A stretch of 64,000 bases of DNA from Eledone cirrhosa (lineage: Eukaryota), in contig OZ024741.1 in assembly GCA_964016885.1 (NCBI GenBank), forward strand, positions 209,250,001 to 209,314,000. Direction: 5' to 3'. The notes under the pieces are model-generated. The model ran no database searches, was not told the origin of the DNA, and saw nothing but the letters and a program-made list of their open reading frames with translations. This document shows positions 10,051-25,900 of this stretch, one piece after another. A program made the translations under genes and the position numbers. Position 1 is the stretch's first letter, and each line of letters begins with the position of its first letter.

Positions 10051-13000
10051 GGCTGCGTAAAATAATGAATTACGCACGAAAATGAGAAAATTTCGATTCT
10101 CGATCGTGGGCCGGCCGGATGTCGCATCGATTCGTAAATAGAAGGATAATGTGCGGACACTCCTTGGCTGTGTGCGGCATGATTTTCAGGACGATATTTC
10201 CGTAAAATCAAGAGTTGATAACCCCAACTTAACTTAACCCCAACTTAACTTAACCCCAACTTAACTTAACCGCAACCTAACTTAACCCCAACTTAACTTA
10301 ACCCCAACCTAACTTAACCCCAACTTAACTTAACCGCAACTTAACTTAACCGCAACCTAACTTAACCCCAACTTAACTTAACCGCAACTTAACTTAACCG
10401 CAACTTAGCTTAACCCCAACCCTTGGTGGGATCGATCTGTAATTACTGGTACATGTGCAGACACTCATTGGCTGTGTGTGGCCTGATTTTCAGAAAGATA
10501 TCTCCGTAAAATAACGAGTGGTGGCTGCGTAAAATAATGAATTACGCACGAAAATGAGAAAATTTCGATTCTCGATCGTGGGCCGGCCGGATGTCGGATC
10601 GATTCGTAAATACAAGGATAATGTGCGGACACTCCTTGGCTGTGTGCGGCATGATTTTCAGGACGATATCTCCGTAAAATCAAGAGTTGATAACCCCAAC
10701 TTAACTTAACCCCAACTTAACTTAACCGCAACTTAACTTAACCGCAACCTAACTTAACCCCAACTTAACTTAACCGCAACCTAACTTAACCCCAACTTAA
10801 CTTAACCGCAACTTAACTTAACCCCAACCTAACTTAACTCCAACTTAACTTAACCGCAACTTAACTTAACCGCAACCTAACTTAACCCCAACTTAATTTA
10901 ACCGCAACTTAACTTAACCGCAACTTAGCTTAACCCCAACCCTTGGTGGGATCGATCTGTAATTAATGGTACATGTGCAGACACTTATTGGCTGTGTGTG
11001 GCCTGATTTTCAGAAAGATATCTCCGTAAAATAACGAGTGGTGGCTGCGTAAAATAATGAATTACGCACGAAAATGAGAAAATTTCGATTCTCGATCGTG
11101 GGCCGGCCGGATGTCGGATCGATTCGTAAATACAAGGATAATGTGCGGACACTCCTTGGCTGTGTGCGGCATGATTTTCAGGACGATATCTCCGTAAAAT
11201 CAAGAGTTGATAACCCCAACTTAACTTAACCCCAACTTAACTTAACCGCAACTTAACTTAACCGCAACCTAACTTAACCCCAACTTAACTTAACCGCAAC
11301 CTAACTTAACCCCAACTTAACTTAACCGCAACTTAACTTAACCCCAACCTAACTTAACCCCAACTTAACTTAACCGCAACTTAACTTAACCGCAACCTAA
11401 CTTAACCCCAGCTTAACTTAACCGCAACTTAACTTAACCCCAACTTAGCTTAACCCCAACCCTTGGTGGGATCGATCTGTAATTACTGGTACATGTGCAG
11501 ACACTCATTGGCGGTGTGTGGCCTGATTTTCAGAAAGATATCTCCGTAAAATAACGAGTGTGATGGCTGCGTAAAATAATGAATTACGCACGAAAATGAG
11601 AAAATTTCGATTCTCGATCGTGGGCCGGCCGGATGTCGCATCGATTCGTAAATAGAAGGATAATGTGCGGACACTCCTTGGCTGTGTGCGGCATGATTTT
11701 CAGGACGATATTTCCGTAAAATCAAGAGTTGATAACCCCAACTTAACTTAACCCCAACTTAACTTAACCCCAACTTAACTTAACCCCAACTTAACTTAAC
11801 CGCAACTTAACTTAACCGCAACCTCACTTAACCCCAACTTAACTTAACCGCAACCTAACTTAACCACAACTTAACTTAACCGCAACTTAACTTAACCCCA
11901 ACCTAACTTAACCCCAACTTAACTTAACCGCAACTTAACTTAACCGCAACCTAACTTAACCCCAACTTAACTTAACCGCAACTTAACTTAACCGCAACTT
12001 AGCTTAACCCCAACCCTTGGTGGGATCGATCTGTAATTACTGGTACATGTGCAGACACTCATTGGCTGTGTGTGGCCTGATTTTCAGAAAGATATCTCCG
12101 TAAAATAACGAGTGGTGGCTGCGTAAAATAATGAATTACACACGAAAATGAGAAAATTTCGATTCTCGATCGTGGGCCGGCCGGATGTCGGATCGATTCG
12201 TAAATACAAGGATAATGTGCGGACACTCCTTGGCTGTGTGCGGCATGATTTTCAGGACGATATCTCCGTAAAATCAAGAGTTGATAACCCCAACTTAACT
12301 TAACCCCAACTTAACTTAACCGCAACTTAACTTAACCGCAACCTAACTTAACCCCAACTTAACTTAACCGCAACCTAACTTAACCCCAACTTAACTTAAC
12401 CGCAACTTAACTTAACCGCAACTTAGCTTAACCCCAAACCTTGGTGGGATCGATCTGTAATTACTGGTACATGTGCAGACACTGATTGGCTGTGTGTGGC
12501 CTGATTTTCAGAAAGATATCTCCGTAAAATAACGAGTGGTGGCTGCGTAAAATAATGAATTACGCACGAAAATGAGAAAATTTCGATTCTCGATCGTGGG
12601 CCGGCCGGATGTCTGATCGATTCGTAAATACAAACAAGGATAATGTGCGGACACTCCTTGGCTGTGTGCGGCATGATTTTCAGGACGATATCTCCGTAAA
12701 ATCAAGAGTTGATAACCCCAACTTAACTTAACCCCAACTTAACTTAACCGCAACTTAACTTAACCGCAACCTAACTTAACCCCAACTTAACTTAACCGCA
12801 ACCTAACTTAACCCCAACTTAACTTAACCGCAACTTAACTTAACCCCAACCTAACTTAACCCCAACTTAACTTAACCGCAACTTAACTTAACCGCAACCT
12901 AACTTAACCCCAACTTAACTTAACCGCAACTTAACTTAACCGCAACTTAGCTTAACCCCAACCCTTGGTGGGATCGATCTGTAATTACTGGTACATGTGC

Positions 13001-14230
13001 AGACACTCATTGGCTGTGTGTGGCCTGATTTTCAGAAAGATATCTCCGTAAAATAACGAGTGGTGGCTGCGTAAAATAATGAATTACGCACGAAAATGAG
13101 AAAATTTCGATTCTCGATCGTGGGCCGGCCGGATGTCGCATCGATTCGTAAATAGAAGGATAATGTGCGGACACTCCTTGGCTGTGTGCGGCATGATTTT
13201 CAGGACGATATTTCCGTAAAATCAAGAGTTGATAACCCCAACTTAACTTAACCCCAACTTAACTTAACCCCAACTTAACTTAACCGCAACCTAACTTAAC
13301 CCCAACTTAACTTAACCCCAACCTAACTTAACCCCAACTTAACTTAACCGCAACTTAACTTAACCGCAACCTAACTTAACCCCAACTTAACTTAACCGCA
13401 ACTTAACTTAACCGCAACTTAGCTTAACCCCAACCCTTGGTGGGATCGATCTGTAATTACTGGTACATGTGCAGACACTCATTGGCTGTGTGTGGCCTGA
13501 TTTTCAGAAAGATATCTCCGTAAAATAACGAGTGGTGGCTGCGTAAAATAATGAATTACGCACGAAAATGAGAAAATTTCGATTCTCGATCGTGGGCCGG
13601 CCGGATGTCGGATCGATTCGTAAATACAAGGATAATGTGCGGACACTCCTTGGCTGTGTGCGGCATGATTTTCAGGACGATATCTCCGTAAAATCAAGAG
13701 TTGATAACCCCAACTTAACTTAACCCCAACTTAACTTAACCGCAACTTAACTTAACCGCAACCTAACTTAACCCCAACTTAACTTAACCGCAACCTAACT
13801 TAACCCCAACTTAACTTAACCGCAACTTAACTTAACCCCAACCTAACTTAACTCCAACTTAACTTAACCGCAACTTAACTTAACCGCAACCTAACTTAAC
13901 CCCAACTTAATTTAACCGCAACTTAACTTAACCGCAACTTAGCTTAACCCCAACCCTTGGTGGGATCGATCTGTAATTAATGGTACATGTGCAGACACTT
14001 ATTGGCTGTGTGTGGCCTGATTTTCAGAAAGATATCTCCGTAAAATAACGAGTGGTGGCTGCGTAAAATAATGAATTACGCACGAAAATGAGAAAATTTC
14101 GATTCTCGATCGTGGGCCGGCCGGATGTCGGATCGATTCGTAAATACAAGGATAATGTGCGGACACTCCTTGGCTGTGTGCGGCATGATTTTCAGGACGA
14201 TATCTCCGTAAAATCAAGAGTTGATAACCC
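8200..14230 (+). repeat. Tandem duplication of a 6-monomer block, period 3014 bp (ends approximate)
   Basis: ORF ends 8711/11725, 9263/12277, 9691/12705, 10211/13225, 10683/13697, 11203/14217, with matching variants (e.g. taattaa plus acacttatt, and the 472-bp monomer). Confidence 0.9.
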
Positions 14231-17200
14231 CAACTTAACTTAACCCCAACTTAACTTAACCGCAACTTAACTTAACCGCAACCTAACTTAACCCCAACTT
14301 AACTTAACCGCAACCTAACTTAACCCCAACTTAACTTAACCGCAACTTAACTTAACCCCAACCTAACTTAACCCCAACTTAACTTAACCGCAACTTAACT
14401 TAACCGCAACCTAACTTAACCCCAACTTAACTTAACCGCAACTTAACTTAACCGCAACTTAGCTTAACCCCAACCCTTGGTGGGATCGATCTGTAATTAC
14501 TGGTACATGTGCAGACACTCATTGGCTGTGTGTGGCCTGATTTTCAGAAAGATATCTCCGTAAAATAACGAGTGGTGGCTGCGTAAAATAATGAATTACG
14601 CACGAAAATGAGAAAATTTCGATTCTCGATCGTGGGCCGGCCGGATGTCGGATCGATTCGTAAATACAAGGATAATGTGCGGACACTCCTTGGCTGTGTG
14701 CCGCATGATTTTCAGGACGATATCTCCGTAAAATCAAGAGTTGATAACCCCAACTTAACTTAACCCCAACTTAACTTAACCGCAACTTAACTTAACCGCA
14801 ACCTAACTTAACCCCAACTTAACTTAACCGCAACCTAACTTAACCCCAACTTAACTTAACCGCAACTTAACTTAACCCCAACCTAACTTAACCCCAACTT
14901 AACTTAACCGCAACTTAACTTAACCGCAACCTAACTTAACCCCAACTTAACTTAACCGCAACTTAACTTAACCGCAACTTAGCTTAACCCCAACCCTTGG
15001 TGGGATCGATCTGTAATTACTGGTACATGTGCAGACACTCATTGGCTGTGTGTGGCCTGATTTTCAGATAGATATCTCCGTAAAATAACGAGTGGTGGCT
15101 GCGTAAAATAATGAATTACGCACGAAAATGAGAAAATTTCGATTCTCGATCGTGGGCCGGCCGGATGTCGGATCGATTCGTAAATACAAGGATAATGTGC
15201 GGACACTCCTTGGCTGTGTGCGGCATGATTTTCAGGACGATATCTCCGTAAAATCAAGAGTTGATAACCCCAACTTAACTTAACCCCAACTTAACTTAAC
15301 CGCAACTTAACTTAACCGCAACTTAACTTAACCGCAACCTAACTTAACCCCAACTTAACTTAACCGCAACCTAACTTAACCCCAACTTAACTTAACCCCA
15401 ACCTAACTTAACCCCAACTTAACTTAAACGCAACTTAACTTAACCGCAACCTAACTTAACCCCAAGTTAACTTAACCGCAACTTAACTTAACCGCAACTT
15501 AGCTTAACCCCAACCCTTAGTGGGATCGATCTGTAATTACTGGTACATGTGCAGACACTCATTGGCTGTGTGTGGCCTGATTTTCAGAAATATATCTCCG
15601 TAAAATAACGAGTGGTGGCTGCGTAAAATAATGAATTACGCACGAAAATGAGAAAATTTCGATTCTCGATCGTGGGCCGGCTGGTTGTCGGATCGATTCG
15701 TAAATACAAGGATAATGTGCGGACACTCCTTGCCTGTGTGCCGCATGATTTTCAGGACGATATCTCCGTAAAATCAAGAGTTGATAACCCCAACTTAACT
15801 TAACCCCAACTTAACTTAACCCCAACTTAACTTAACCCCAACTTAACTTAACCGCAACTTAACTTAACCGCAACCTAACTTAACCCCAACTTAACTTAAC
15901 CGCAACCTAACTTAACCACAACTTAACTTAACCGCAACTTAACTTAACCCCAACCTAACTTAACCCCAACTTAACTTAACCCCAACTTAACTTAAACGCA
16001 ACTTAACTTAACCGCAACCTAACTTAACCCCAAGTTAACTTAACCGCAACTTAACTTAACCGCAACTTAGCTTAACCCCAAACCTTGGTGGGATCGATCT
16101 GTAATTACTGGTACATGTGCAGACACTGATTGGCTGTGTGTGGCCTGATTTTCAGAAAGATATCTCCGTAAAATAACGAGTGGTGGCTGCGTAAAATAAT
16201 GAATTACGCACGAAAATGAGAAAATTTCGATTCTCGATCGTGGGCCGGCCGGATGTCTGATCGATTCGTAAATACAAACAAGGATAATGTGCGGACACTC
16301 CTTGGCTGTGTGCGGCATGATTTTCAGGACGATATCTCCGTAAAATCAAGAGTTGATAACCCCAACTTAACTTAACCCCAACTTAACTTAACCGCAACTT
16401 AACTTAACCGCAACCTAACTTAACCCCAACTTAACTTAACCGCAACCTAACTTAACCCCAACTTAACTTAACCGCAACTTAACTTAACCCCAACCTAACT
16501 TAACCCCAACTTAACTTAACCGCAACTTAACTTAACCGCAACCTAACTTAACCCCAACTTAACTTAACCGCAACTTAACTTAACCGCAACTTAGCTTAAC
16601 CCCAACCCTTGGTGGGATCGATCTGTAATTACTGGTACATGTGCAGACACTCATTGGCTGTGTGTGGCCTGATTTTCAGAAAGATATCTCCGTAAAATAA
16701 CGAGTGGTGGCTGCGTAAAATAATGAATTACGCACGAAAATGAGAAAATTTCGATTCTCGATCGTGGGCCGGCCGGATGTCGCATCGATTCGTAAATAGA
16801 AGGATAATGTGCGGACACTCCTTGGCTGTGTGCGGCATGATTTTCAGGACGATATTTCCGTAAAATCAAGAGTTGATAACCCCAACTTAACTTAACCCCA
16901 ACTTAACTTAACCCCAACTTAACTTAACCGCAACCTAACTTAACCCCAACTTAACTTAACCCCAACCTAACTTAACCCCAACTTAACTTAACCGCAACTT
17001 AACTTAACCGCAACCTAACTTAACCCCAACTTAACTTAACCGCAACTTAACTTAACCGCAACTTAGCTTAACCCCAACCCTTGGTGGGATCGATCTGTAA
17101 TTACTGGTACATGTGCAGACACTCATTGGCTGTGTGTGGCCTGATTTTCAGAAAGATATCTCCGTAAAATAACGAGTGGTGGCTGCGTAAAATAATGAAT

Positions 17201-19700
17201 TACGCACGAAAATGAGAAAATTTCGATTCTCGATCGTGGGCCGGCCGGATGTCGGATCGATTCGTAAATACAAGGATAATGTGCGGACACTCCTTGGCTG
17301 TGTGCGGCATGATTTTCAGGACGATATCTCCGTAAAATCAAGAGTTGATAACCCCAACTTAACTTAACCCCAACTTAACTTAACCGCAACTTAACTTAAC
17401 CGCAACCTAACTTAACCCCAACTTAACTTAACCGCAACCTAACTTAACCCCAACTTAACTTAACCGCAACTTAACTTAACCCCAACCTAACTTAACTCCA
17501 ACTTAACTTAACCGCAACTTAACTTAACCGCAACCTAACTTAACCCCAACTTAATTTAACCGCAACTTAACTTAACCGCAACTTAGCTTAACCCCAACCC
17601 TTGGTGGGATCGATCTGTAATTAATGGTACATGTGCAGACACTTATTGGCTGTGTGTGGCCTGATTTTCAGAAAGATATCTCCGTAAAATAACGAGTGGT
17701 GGCTGCGTAAAATAATGAATTACGCACGAAAATGAGAAAATTTCGATTCTCGATCGTGGGCCGGCCGGATGTCGGATCGATTCGTAAATACAAGGATAAT
17801 GTGCGGACACTCCTTGGCTGTGTGCGGCATGATTTTCAGGACGATATCTCCGTAAAATCAAGAGTTGATAACCCCAACTTAACTTAACCCCAACTTAACT
17901 TAACCGCAACTTAACTTAACCGCAACCTAACTTAACCCCAACTTAACTTAACCGCAACCTAACTTAACCCCAACTTAACTTAACCGCAACTTAACTTAAC
18001 CCCAACCTAACTTAACCCCAACTTAACTTAACCGCAACTTAACTTAACCGCAACCTAACTTAACCCCAACTTAACTTAACCGCAACTTAACTTAACCGCA
18101 ACTTAGCTTAACCCCAACCCTTGGTGGGATCGATCTGTAATTACTGGTACATGTGCAGACACTCATTGGCTGTGTGTGGCCTGATTTTCAGAAAGATATC
18201 TCCGTAAAATAACGAGTGGTGGCTGCGTAAAATAATGAATTACGCACGAAAATGAGAAAATTTCGATTCTCGATCGTGGGCCGGCCGGATGTCGGATCGA
18301 TTCGTAAATACAAGGATAATGTGCGGACACTCCTTGGCTGTGTGCCGCATGATTTTCAGGACGATATCTCCGTAAAATCAAGAGTTGATAACCCCAACTT
18401 AACTTAACCCCAACTTAACTTAACCGCAACTTAACTTAACCGCAACCTAACTTAACCCCAACTTAACTTAACCGCAACCTAACTTAACCCCAACTTAACT
18501 TAACCGCAACTTAACTTAACCCCAACCTAACTTAACCCCAACTTAACTTAACCGCAACTTAACTTAACCGCAACCTAACTTAACCCCAACTTAACTTAAC
18601 CGCAACTTAACTTAACCGCAACTTAGCTTAACCCCAACCCTTGGTGGGATCGATCTGTAATTACTGGTACATGTGCAGACACTCATTGGCTGTGTGTGGC
18701 CTGATTTTCAGATAGATATCTCCGTAAAATAACGAGTGGTGGCTGCGTAAAATAATGAATTACGCACGAAAATGAGAAAATTTCGATTCTCGATCGTGGG
18801 CCGGCCGGATGTCGGATCGATTCGTAAATACAAGGATAATGTGCGGACACTCCTTGGCTGTGTGCGGCATGATTTTCAGGACGATATCTCCGTAAAATCA
18901 AGAGTTGATAACCCCAACTTAACTTAACCCCAACTTAACTTAACCGCAACTTAACTTAACCGCAACTTAACTTAACCGCAACCTAACTTAACCCCAACTT
19001 AACTTAACCGCAACCTAACTTAACCCCAACTTAACTTAACCCCAACCTAACTTAACCCCAACTTAACTTAAACGCAACTTAACTTAACCGCAACCTAACT
19101 TAACCCCAAGTTAACTTAACCGCAACTTAACTTAACCGCAACTTAGCTTAACCCCAACCCTTAGTGGGATCGATCTGTAATTACTGGTACATGTGCAGAC
19201 ACTCATTGGCTGTGTGTGGCCTGATTTTCAGAAATATATCTCCGTAAAATAACGAGTGGTGGCTGCGTAAAATAATGAATTACGCACGAAAATGAGAAAA
19301 TTTCGATTCTCGATCGTGGGCCGGCTGGTTGTCGGATCGATTCGTAAATACAAGGATAATGTGCGGACACTCCTTGCCTGTGTGCCGCATGATTTTCAGG
19401 ACGATATCTCCGTAAAATCAAGAGTTGATAACCCCAACTTAACTTAACCCCAACTTAACTTAACCCCAACTTAACTTAACCCCAACTTAACTTAACCGCA
19501 ACTTAACTTAACCGCAACCTAACTTAACCCCAACTTAACTTAACCGCAACCTAACTTAACCACAACTTAACTTAACCGCAACTTAACTTAACCCCAACCT
19601 AACTTAACCCCAACTTAACTTAACCGCAACTTAACTTAACCGCAACCTAACTTAACCCCAACTTAACTTAACCGCAACTTAACTTAACCGCAACTTAGCT
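12420..19700 (+). repeat. Tandem duplication of a 7-monomer block, period 3644 bp (ends approximate)
   Basis: ORF ends 12705/16349, 13225/16869, 13697/17341, 14217/17861, 14737/18381, 15257/18901, 15777/19421. Shared variants ccccaaacc and gaaatatatc. Confidence 0.9.
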
Positions 19701-19979
19701 TAACCCCAACCCTTGGTGGGATCGATCTGTAATTACTGGTACATGTGCAGACACTCATTGGCTGTGTGTGGCCTGATTTTCAGAAAGCTATCTCCGTAAA
19801 ATAACGAGTGGTGGCTGCGTAAAATAATGAATTACACACGAAAATGAGAAAATTTCGATTCTCGATCGTGGGCCGGCCGGATGTCGGATCGATTCGTAAA
19901 TACAAGGATAATGTGCGGACACTCCTTGGCTGTGTGCGGCATGATTTTCAGGACGATATCTCCGTAAAATCAAGAGTTG

Positions 19980-22900
19980 ATAACCCCAACTTAACTTAAC
20001 CCCAACTTAACTTAACCGCAACTTAACTTAACCGCAACCTAACTTAACCCCAACTTAACTTAACCGCAACCTAACTTAACCCCAACTTAACTTAACCGCA
20101 ACTTAACTTAACCCCAACCTAACTTAACTCCAACTTAACTTAACCGCAACTTAACTTAACCGCAACCTAACTTAACCCCAACTTAATTTAACCGCAACTT
20201 AACTTAACCGCAACTTAGCTTAACCCCAACCCTTGGTGGGATCGATCTGTAATTACTGGTACATGTGCAGACACTCATTGGCTGTGTGTGGCCTGATTTT
20301 CAGAAAGATATCTCCGTAAAATAACGAGTGGTGGCTGCGTAAAATAATGAATTACGCACGAAAATGAGAAAATTTCGATTCTCGATCGTGGGCCGGCCGG
20401 ATGTCGGATCGATTCGTAAATACAAGGATAATGTGCGGACACTCCTTGGCTGTGTGCGGCATGATTTTCAGGACGATATCTTCTTAAAATCAAGAGTTGA
20501 TAACCCCAACTTAACTTAACCCCAACTTAACTTAACCGCAACTTAACTTAACCGCAACCTAACTTAACCCCAACTTAACTTAACCGCAACCTAACTTAAC
20601 CCCAACTTAACTTAACCGCAACTTAACTTAACCGCAACCTAACTTAACCCCAACTTAACTTAACCGCAACTTAACTTAACCGCAACTTAGCTTAACCCCA
20701 ACCCTTGGTGGGATCGATCTGTAATTACTGGTACATGTGCAGACACTCATTGGCTGTGTGTGGCCTGATTTTCAGAAAGATATCTCCGTAAAATAACGAG
20801 TGGTGGCTGCGTAAAATAATGAATTACGCACGAAAATGAGAAAATTTCGATTCTCGATCGTGGGCCGGCCGGATGTCGCATCGATTCGTAAATAGAAGGA
20901 TAATGTGCGGACACTCCTTGGCTGTGTGCGACATGATTTTCAGGACGATATTTCCGTAAAATCAAGAGTTGATAACCCCAACTTAACTTAACCGCAACTT
21001 AACTTAACCGCAACCTAACTTAACCCCAACTTAACTTAACCGCAACCTAACTTAACCCCAACTTAACTTAACCGCAACTTAACTTAACCCCAACCTAACT
21101 TAACCCCAACTTAACTTAACCGCAACTTAACTTAACCGCAACCTAACTTAACCCCAACTTAACTTATCCGCAACTTAACTTAACCGCAACTTAGCTTAAC
21201 CCCAACCCTTGGTGGGATCGATCTGTAATTACTGGTACATGTGCAGACACTCATTGGCTGTGTGTGGCCTGATTTTCAGAAAGATATCTCCGTAAAATAA
21301 CGAGTGGTGGCTGCGTAAAATAATGAATTACGCACGAAAATGAGAAAATTTCGATTCTCGATCGTGGGCCGGCCGGATGTCGGATCGATTCGTAAATACA
21401 AGGATAATGTGCGGACACTCCTTGCCTGTGTGCCGCATGATTTTCAGGACGATATCTCCGTAAAATCAAGAGTTGATAACCCCAACTTAACTTAACCCCA
21501 ACTTAACTTAACCGCAACTTAACTTAACCGCAACCTAACTTAACCCCAACTTAACTTAACCGCAACCTAACTTAACCCCAACTTAACTTAACCGCAACTT
21601 AACTTAACCCCAACCTAACTTAACCCCAACTTAACTTAACCGCAACTTAACTTAACCGCAACCTAACTTAACCCCAACTTAACTTAACCGCAACTTAACT
21701 TAACCGCAACTTAGCTTAACCCCAACCCTTGGTGGGATCGATCTGTAATTACTGGTACACGTGCAGACACTCATTGGCTGTGTGTGGCCTGATTTTCAGA
21801 TAGATATCTCCGTAAAATAACGAGTGGTGGCTGCGTAAAATAATGAATTACGCACGAAAATGAGAAAATTTCGATTCTCGATCGTGGGCCGGCCGGATGT
21901 CGGATCGATTCGTAAATACAAGGATAATGTGCGGACACTCCTTGGCTGTGTGCGGCATGATTTTCAGGACGATATCTCCGTAAAATCAAGAGTTGATAAC
22001 CCCAACTTAACTTAACCCCAACTTAACTTAACCGCAACTTAACTTAACCGCAACCTAACTTAACCCCAACTTAACTTAACCGCAACCTAACTTAACCCCA
22101 ACTTAACTTAACCGCAACTTAACTTAACCCCAACCTAACTTAACCCCAACTTAACTTAACCGCAACTTAACTTAACCGCAACCTAACTTAACCCCAACTT
22201 AACTTAACCGCAACTTAACTTAACCGCAACTTAGCTTAACCCCAACCCTTGGTGGGATCGATCTGTAATTACTGGTACATGTGCAGACACTCATTGGCTG
22301 TATGTGGCCTGATTTTCAGAAAGATATCTCCGTAAAATAACGAGTGGTGGCTGCGTAAAATAATGAATTACGCACGAAAATGAGAAAATTTCGATTCTCG
22401 ATCGTGGGCCGGCCGGATGTCGGATCGATTCGTAAATACAAGGATAATGTGCGGACACTCCTTGCCTGTGTGCCGCATGATTTTCAGGACGATATCTCCG
22501 TAAAATCAAGAGTTGATAACCCCAACTTAACTTAACCCCAACTTAACTTAACCGCAACTTAACTTAACCGCAACCTAACTTAACCCCAACTTAACTTAAC
22601 CGCAACCTAACTTAACCCCAACTTAACTTAACCGCAACTTAACTTAACCCCAACCTAACTTAACCCCAACTTAACTTAACCGCAACTTAACTTAACCGCA
22701 ACCTAACTTAACCCCAACTTAACTTAACCGCAACTTAACTTAACCGCAACTTAGCTTAACCCCAACCCTTGGTGGGATCGATCTGTAATTACTGGTACAT
22801 GTGCAGACACTCATTGGCTGTGTGTGGCCTGATTTTCAGATAGATATCTCCGTAAAATAACGAGTGGTGGCTGCGTAAAATAATGAATTACGCACGAAAA

Positions 22901-25900
22901 TGAGAAAATTTCGATTCTCGATCGTGGGCCGGCCGGATGTCGGATCGATTCGTAAATACAAGGATAATGTGCGGACACTCCTTGGCTGTGTGCGGCATGA
23001 TTTTCAGGACGATATCTCCGTAAAATCAAGAGTTGATAACCCCAACTTAACTTAACCCCAACTTAACTTAACCGCAACTTAACTTAACCGCAACCTAACT
23101 TAACCCCAACTTAACTTAACCGCAACCTAACTTAACCCCAACTTAACTTAACCGCAACTTAACTTAACCCCAACCTAACTTAACCCCAACTTAACTTAAC
23201 CGCAACTTAACTTAACCGCAACCTAACTTAACCCCAACTTAACTTAACCGCAACTTAACTTAACCGCAACTTAGCTTAACCCCAACCCTTGGTGGGATCG
23301 ATCTGTAATTACTGGTACATGTGCAGACACTCATTGGCTGTGTGTGGCCTGATTTTCAGAAAGATATCTCCGTAAAATAACGAGTGGTGGCTGCGTAAAA
23401 TAATGAATTACGCACGAAAATGAGAAAATTTCGATTCTCGATCGTGGGCCGGCCGGATGTCGGATCGATTCGTAAATACAAGGATAATATGCGGACACTC
23501 CTTGGCTGTGTGCGGCATGATTTTCAGGACGATATCTCCGTAAAATCAAGAGTTGATAACCCCAACTTAACTTAACCCCAACTTAACTTAACCGCAACTT
23601 AACTTAACCGCAACCTAACTTAACCCCAACTTAACTTAACCGCAACCTAACTTAACCCCAACTTAACTTAACCGCAACTTAACTTAACCCCAACCTAACT
23701 TAACCCCAACTTAACTTAACCGCAACTTAACTTAACCGCAACCTAACTTAACCCCAACTTAACTTAACCGCAACTTAACTTAACCGCAACTTAGCTTAAC
23801 CCCAACCCTTGGTGGGATCGATCTGTAATTACTGGTACATGTGCAGACACTCATTGGCTGTGTGTGGCCTGATTTTGAGATAGATATCTCCGTAAAATAA
23901 CGAGTGGTGGCTGCGTAAAATAATGAATTACGCACGAAAATGAGAAAATTTCGATTCTCGATCGTGGGCCGGCCGGATGTCGGATCGATTCGTAAATACA
24001 AGGATAATGTGCGGACACTCCTTGGCTGTGTGCGGCATGATTTTCAGGACGATATCTCCGTAAAATCAAGAGTTGATAACCCCAACTTAACTTAACCCCA
24101 ACTTAACTTAACCGCAACTTAACTTAACCGCAACTTAACTTAACCGCAACCTAACTTAACCCCAAATTAACTTAACCGCAACCTAACTTAACCCCAACTT
24201 AACTTAACCCCAACCTAACTTAACCCCAACTTAACTTAACCGCAACTTAACTTAACCGCAACCTAACTTAACCCCCAACTTAACTTAACCGCAACTTAAC
24301 TTAACCGCAACTTAGCTTAACCCCAACCCTTAGTGGGATCGATCTGTAATTACTGGTACATGTGCAGACACTAATTGGCTGTGTGTGGCCTGATCTTCAG
24401 AAAGATATCTCCGTAAAATAACGAGTGGTGGCTGCGTAAAATAATGAATTACGCACGAAAATGAGAAAATTTCGATTCTCGATCGTGGGCCGGCTGGTTG
24501 TCGGATCGATTCGTAAATACAAGGATAATGTGCGGACACTCCTTGCCTGTGTGCCGCATGATTTTCAGGACGATATCTCCGTAAAATCAAGAGTTGATAA
24601 CCCCAACTTAACTTAACCCCAACTTAACTTAACCGCAACTTAACTTAACCGCAACCTAACTTAACCCCAACTTAACTTAACCGCAACCTAACTTAACCCC
24701 AACTTAACTTAACCGCAACTTAACTTAACCCCAACCTAACTTAACTCCAACTTAACTTAACCGCAACTTAACTTAACCGCAACCTAACTTAACCCCAACT
24801 TAATTTAACCGCAACTTAACTTAACCGCAACTTAGCTTAACCCCAACCCTTGGTGGGATCGATCTGTAATTACTGGTACATGTGCAGACACTCATTGGCT
24901 GTGTGTGGCCTGATTTTCAGAAAGATATCTCCGTAAAATAACGAGTGGTGGCTGCGTAAAATAATGAATTACGCACGAAAATGAGAAAATTTCGATTCTC
25001 GATCGTGGGCCGGCCGGATGTCGGATCGATTCGTAAATACAAGGATAATGTGCGGACACTCCTTGGCTGTGTGCGGCATGATTTTCAGGACGATATCTTC
25101 TTAAAATCAAGAGTTGATAACCCCAACTTAACTTAACCCCAACTTAACTTAACCGCAACTTAACTTAACCGCAACCTAACTTAACCCCAACTTAACTTAA
25201 CCGCAACCTAACTTAACCCCAACTTAACTTAACCGCAACTTAACTTAACCGCAACCTAACTTAACCCCAACTTAACTTAACCGCAACTTAACTTAACCGC
25301 AACTTAGCTTAACCCCAACCCTTGGTGGGATCGATCTGTAATTACTGGTACATGTGCAGACACTCATTGGCTGTGTGTGGCCTGATTTTCAGAAAGATAT
25401 CTCCGTAAAATAACGAGTGGTGGCTGCGTAAAATAATGAATTACGCACGAAAATGAGAAAATTTCGATTCTCGATCGTGGGCCGGCCGGATGTCGCATCG
25501 ATTCGTAAATAGAAGGATAATGTGCGGACACTCCTTGGCTGTGTGCGACATGATTTTCAGGACGATATTTCCGTAAAATCAAGAGTTGATAACCCCAACT
25601 TAACTTAACCGCAACTTAACTTAACCGCAACCTAACTTAACCCCAACTTAACTTAACCGCAACCTAACTTAACCCCAACTTAACTTAACCGCAACTTAAC
25701 TTAACCCCAACCTAACTTAACCCCAACTTAACTTAACCGCAACTTAACTTAACCGCAACCTAACTTAACCCCAACTTAACTTATCCGCAACTTAACTTAA
25801 CCGCAACTTAGCTTAACCCCAACCCTTGGTGGGATCGATCTGTAATTACTGGTACATGTGCAGACACTCATTGGCTGTGTGTGGCCTGATTTTCAGAAAG

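Noticed and set aside
24271-24280. Extra C (acccccaact) as a meaningful variant
   Set aside because: It is a single homopolymer-length change absent from the duplicate block near 28871, so it could be a sequencing or consensus error.
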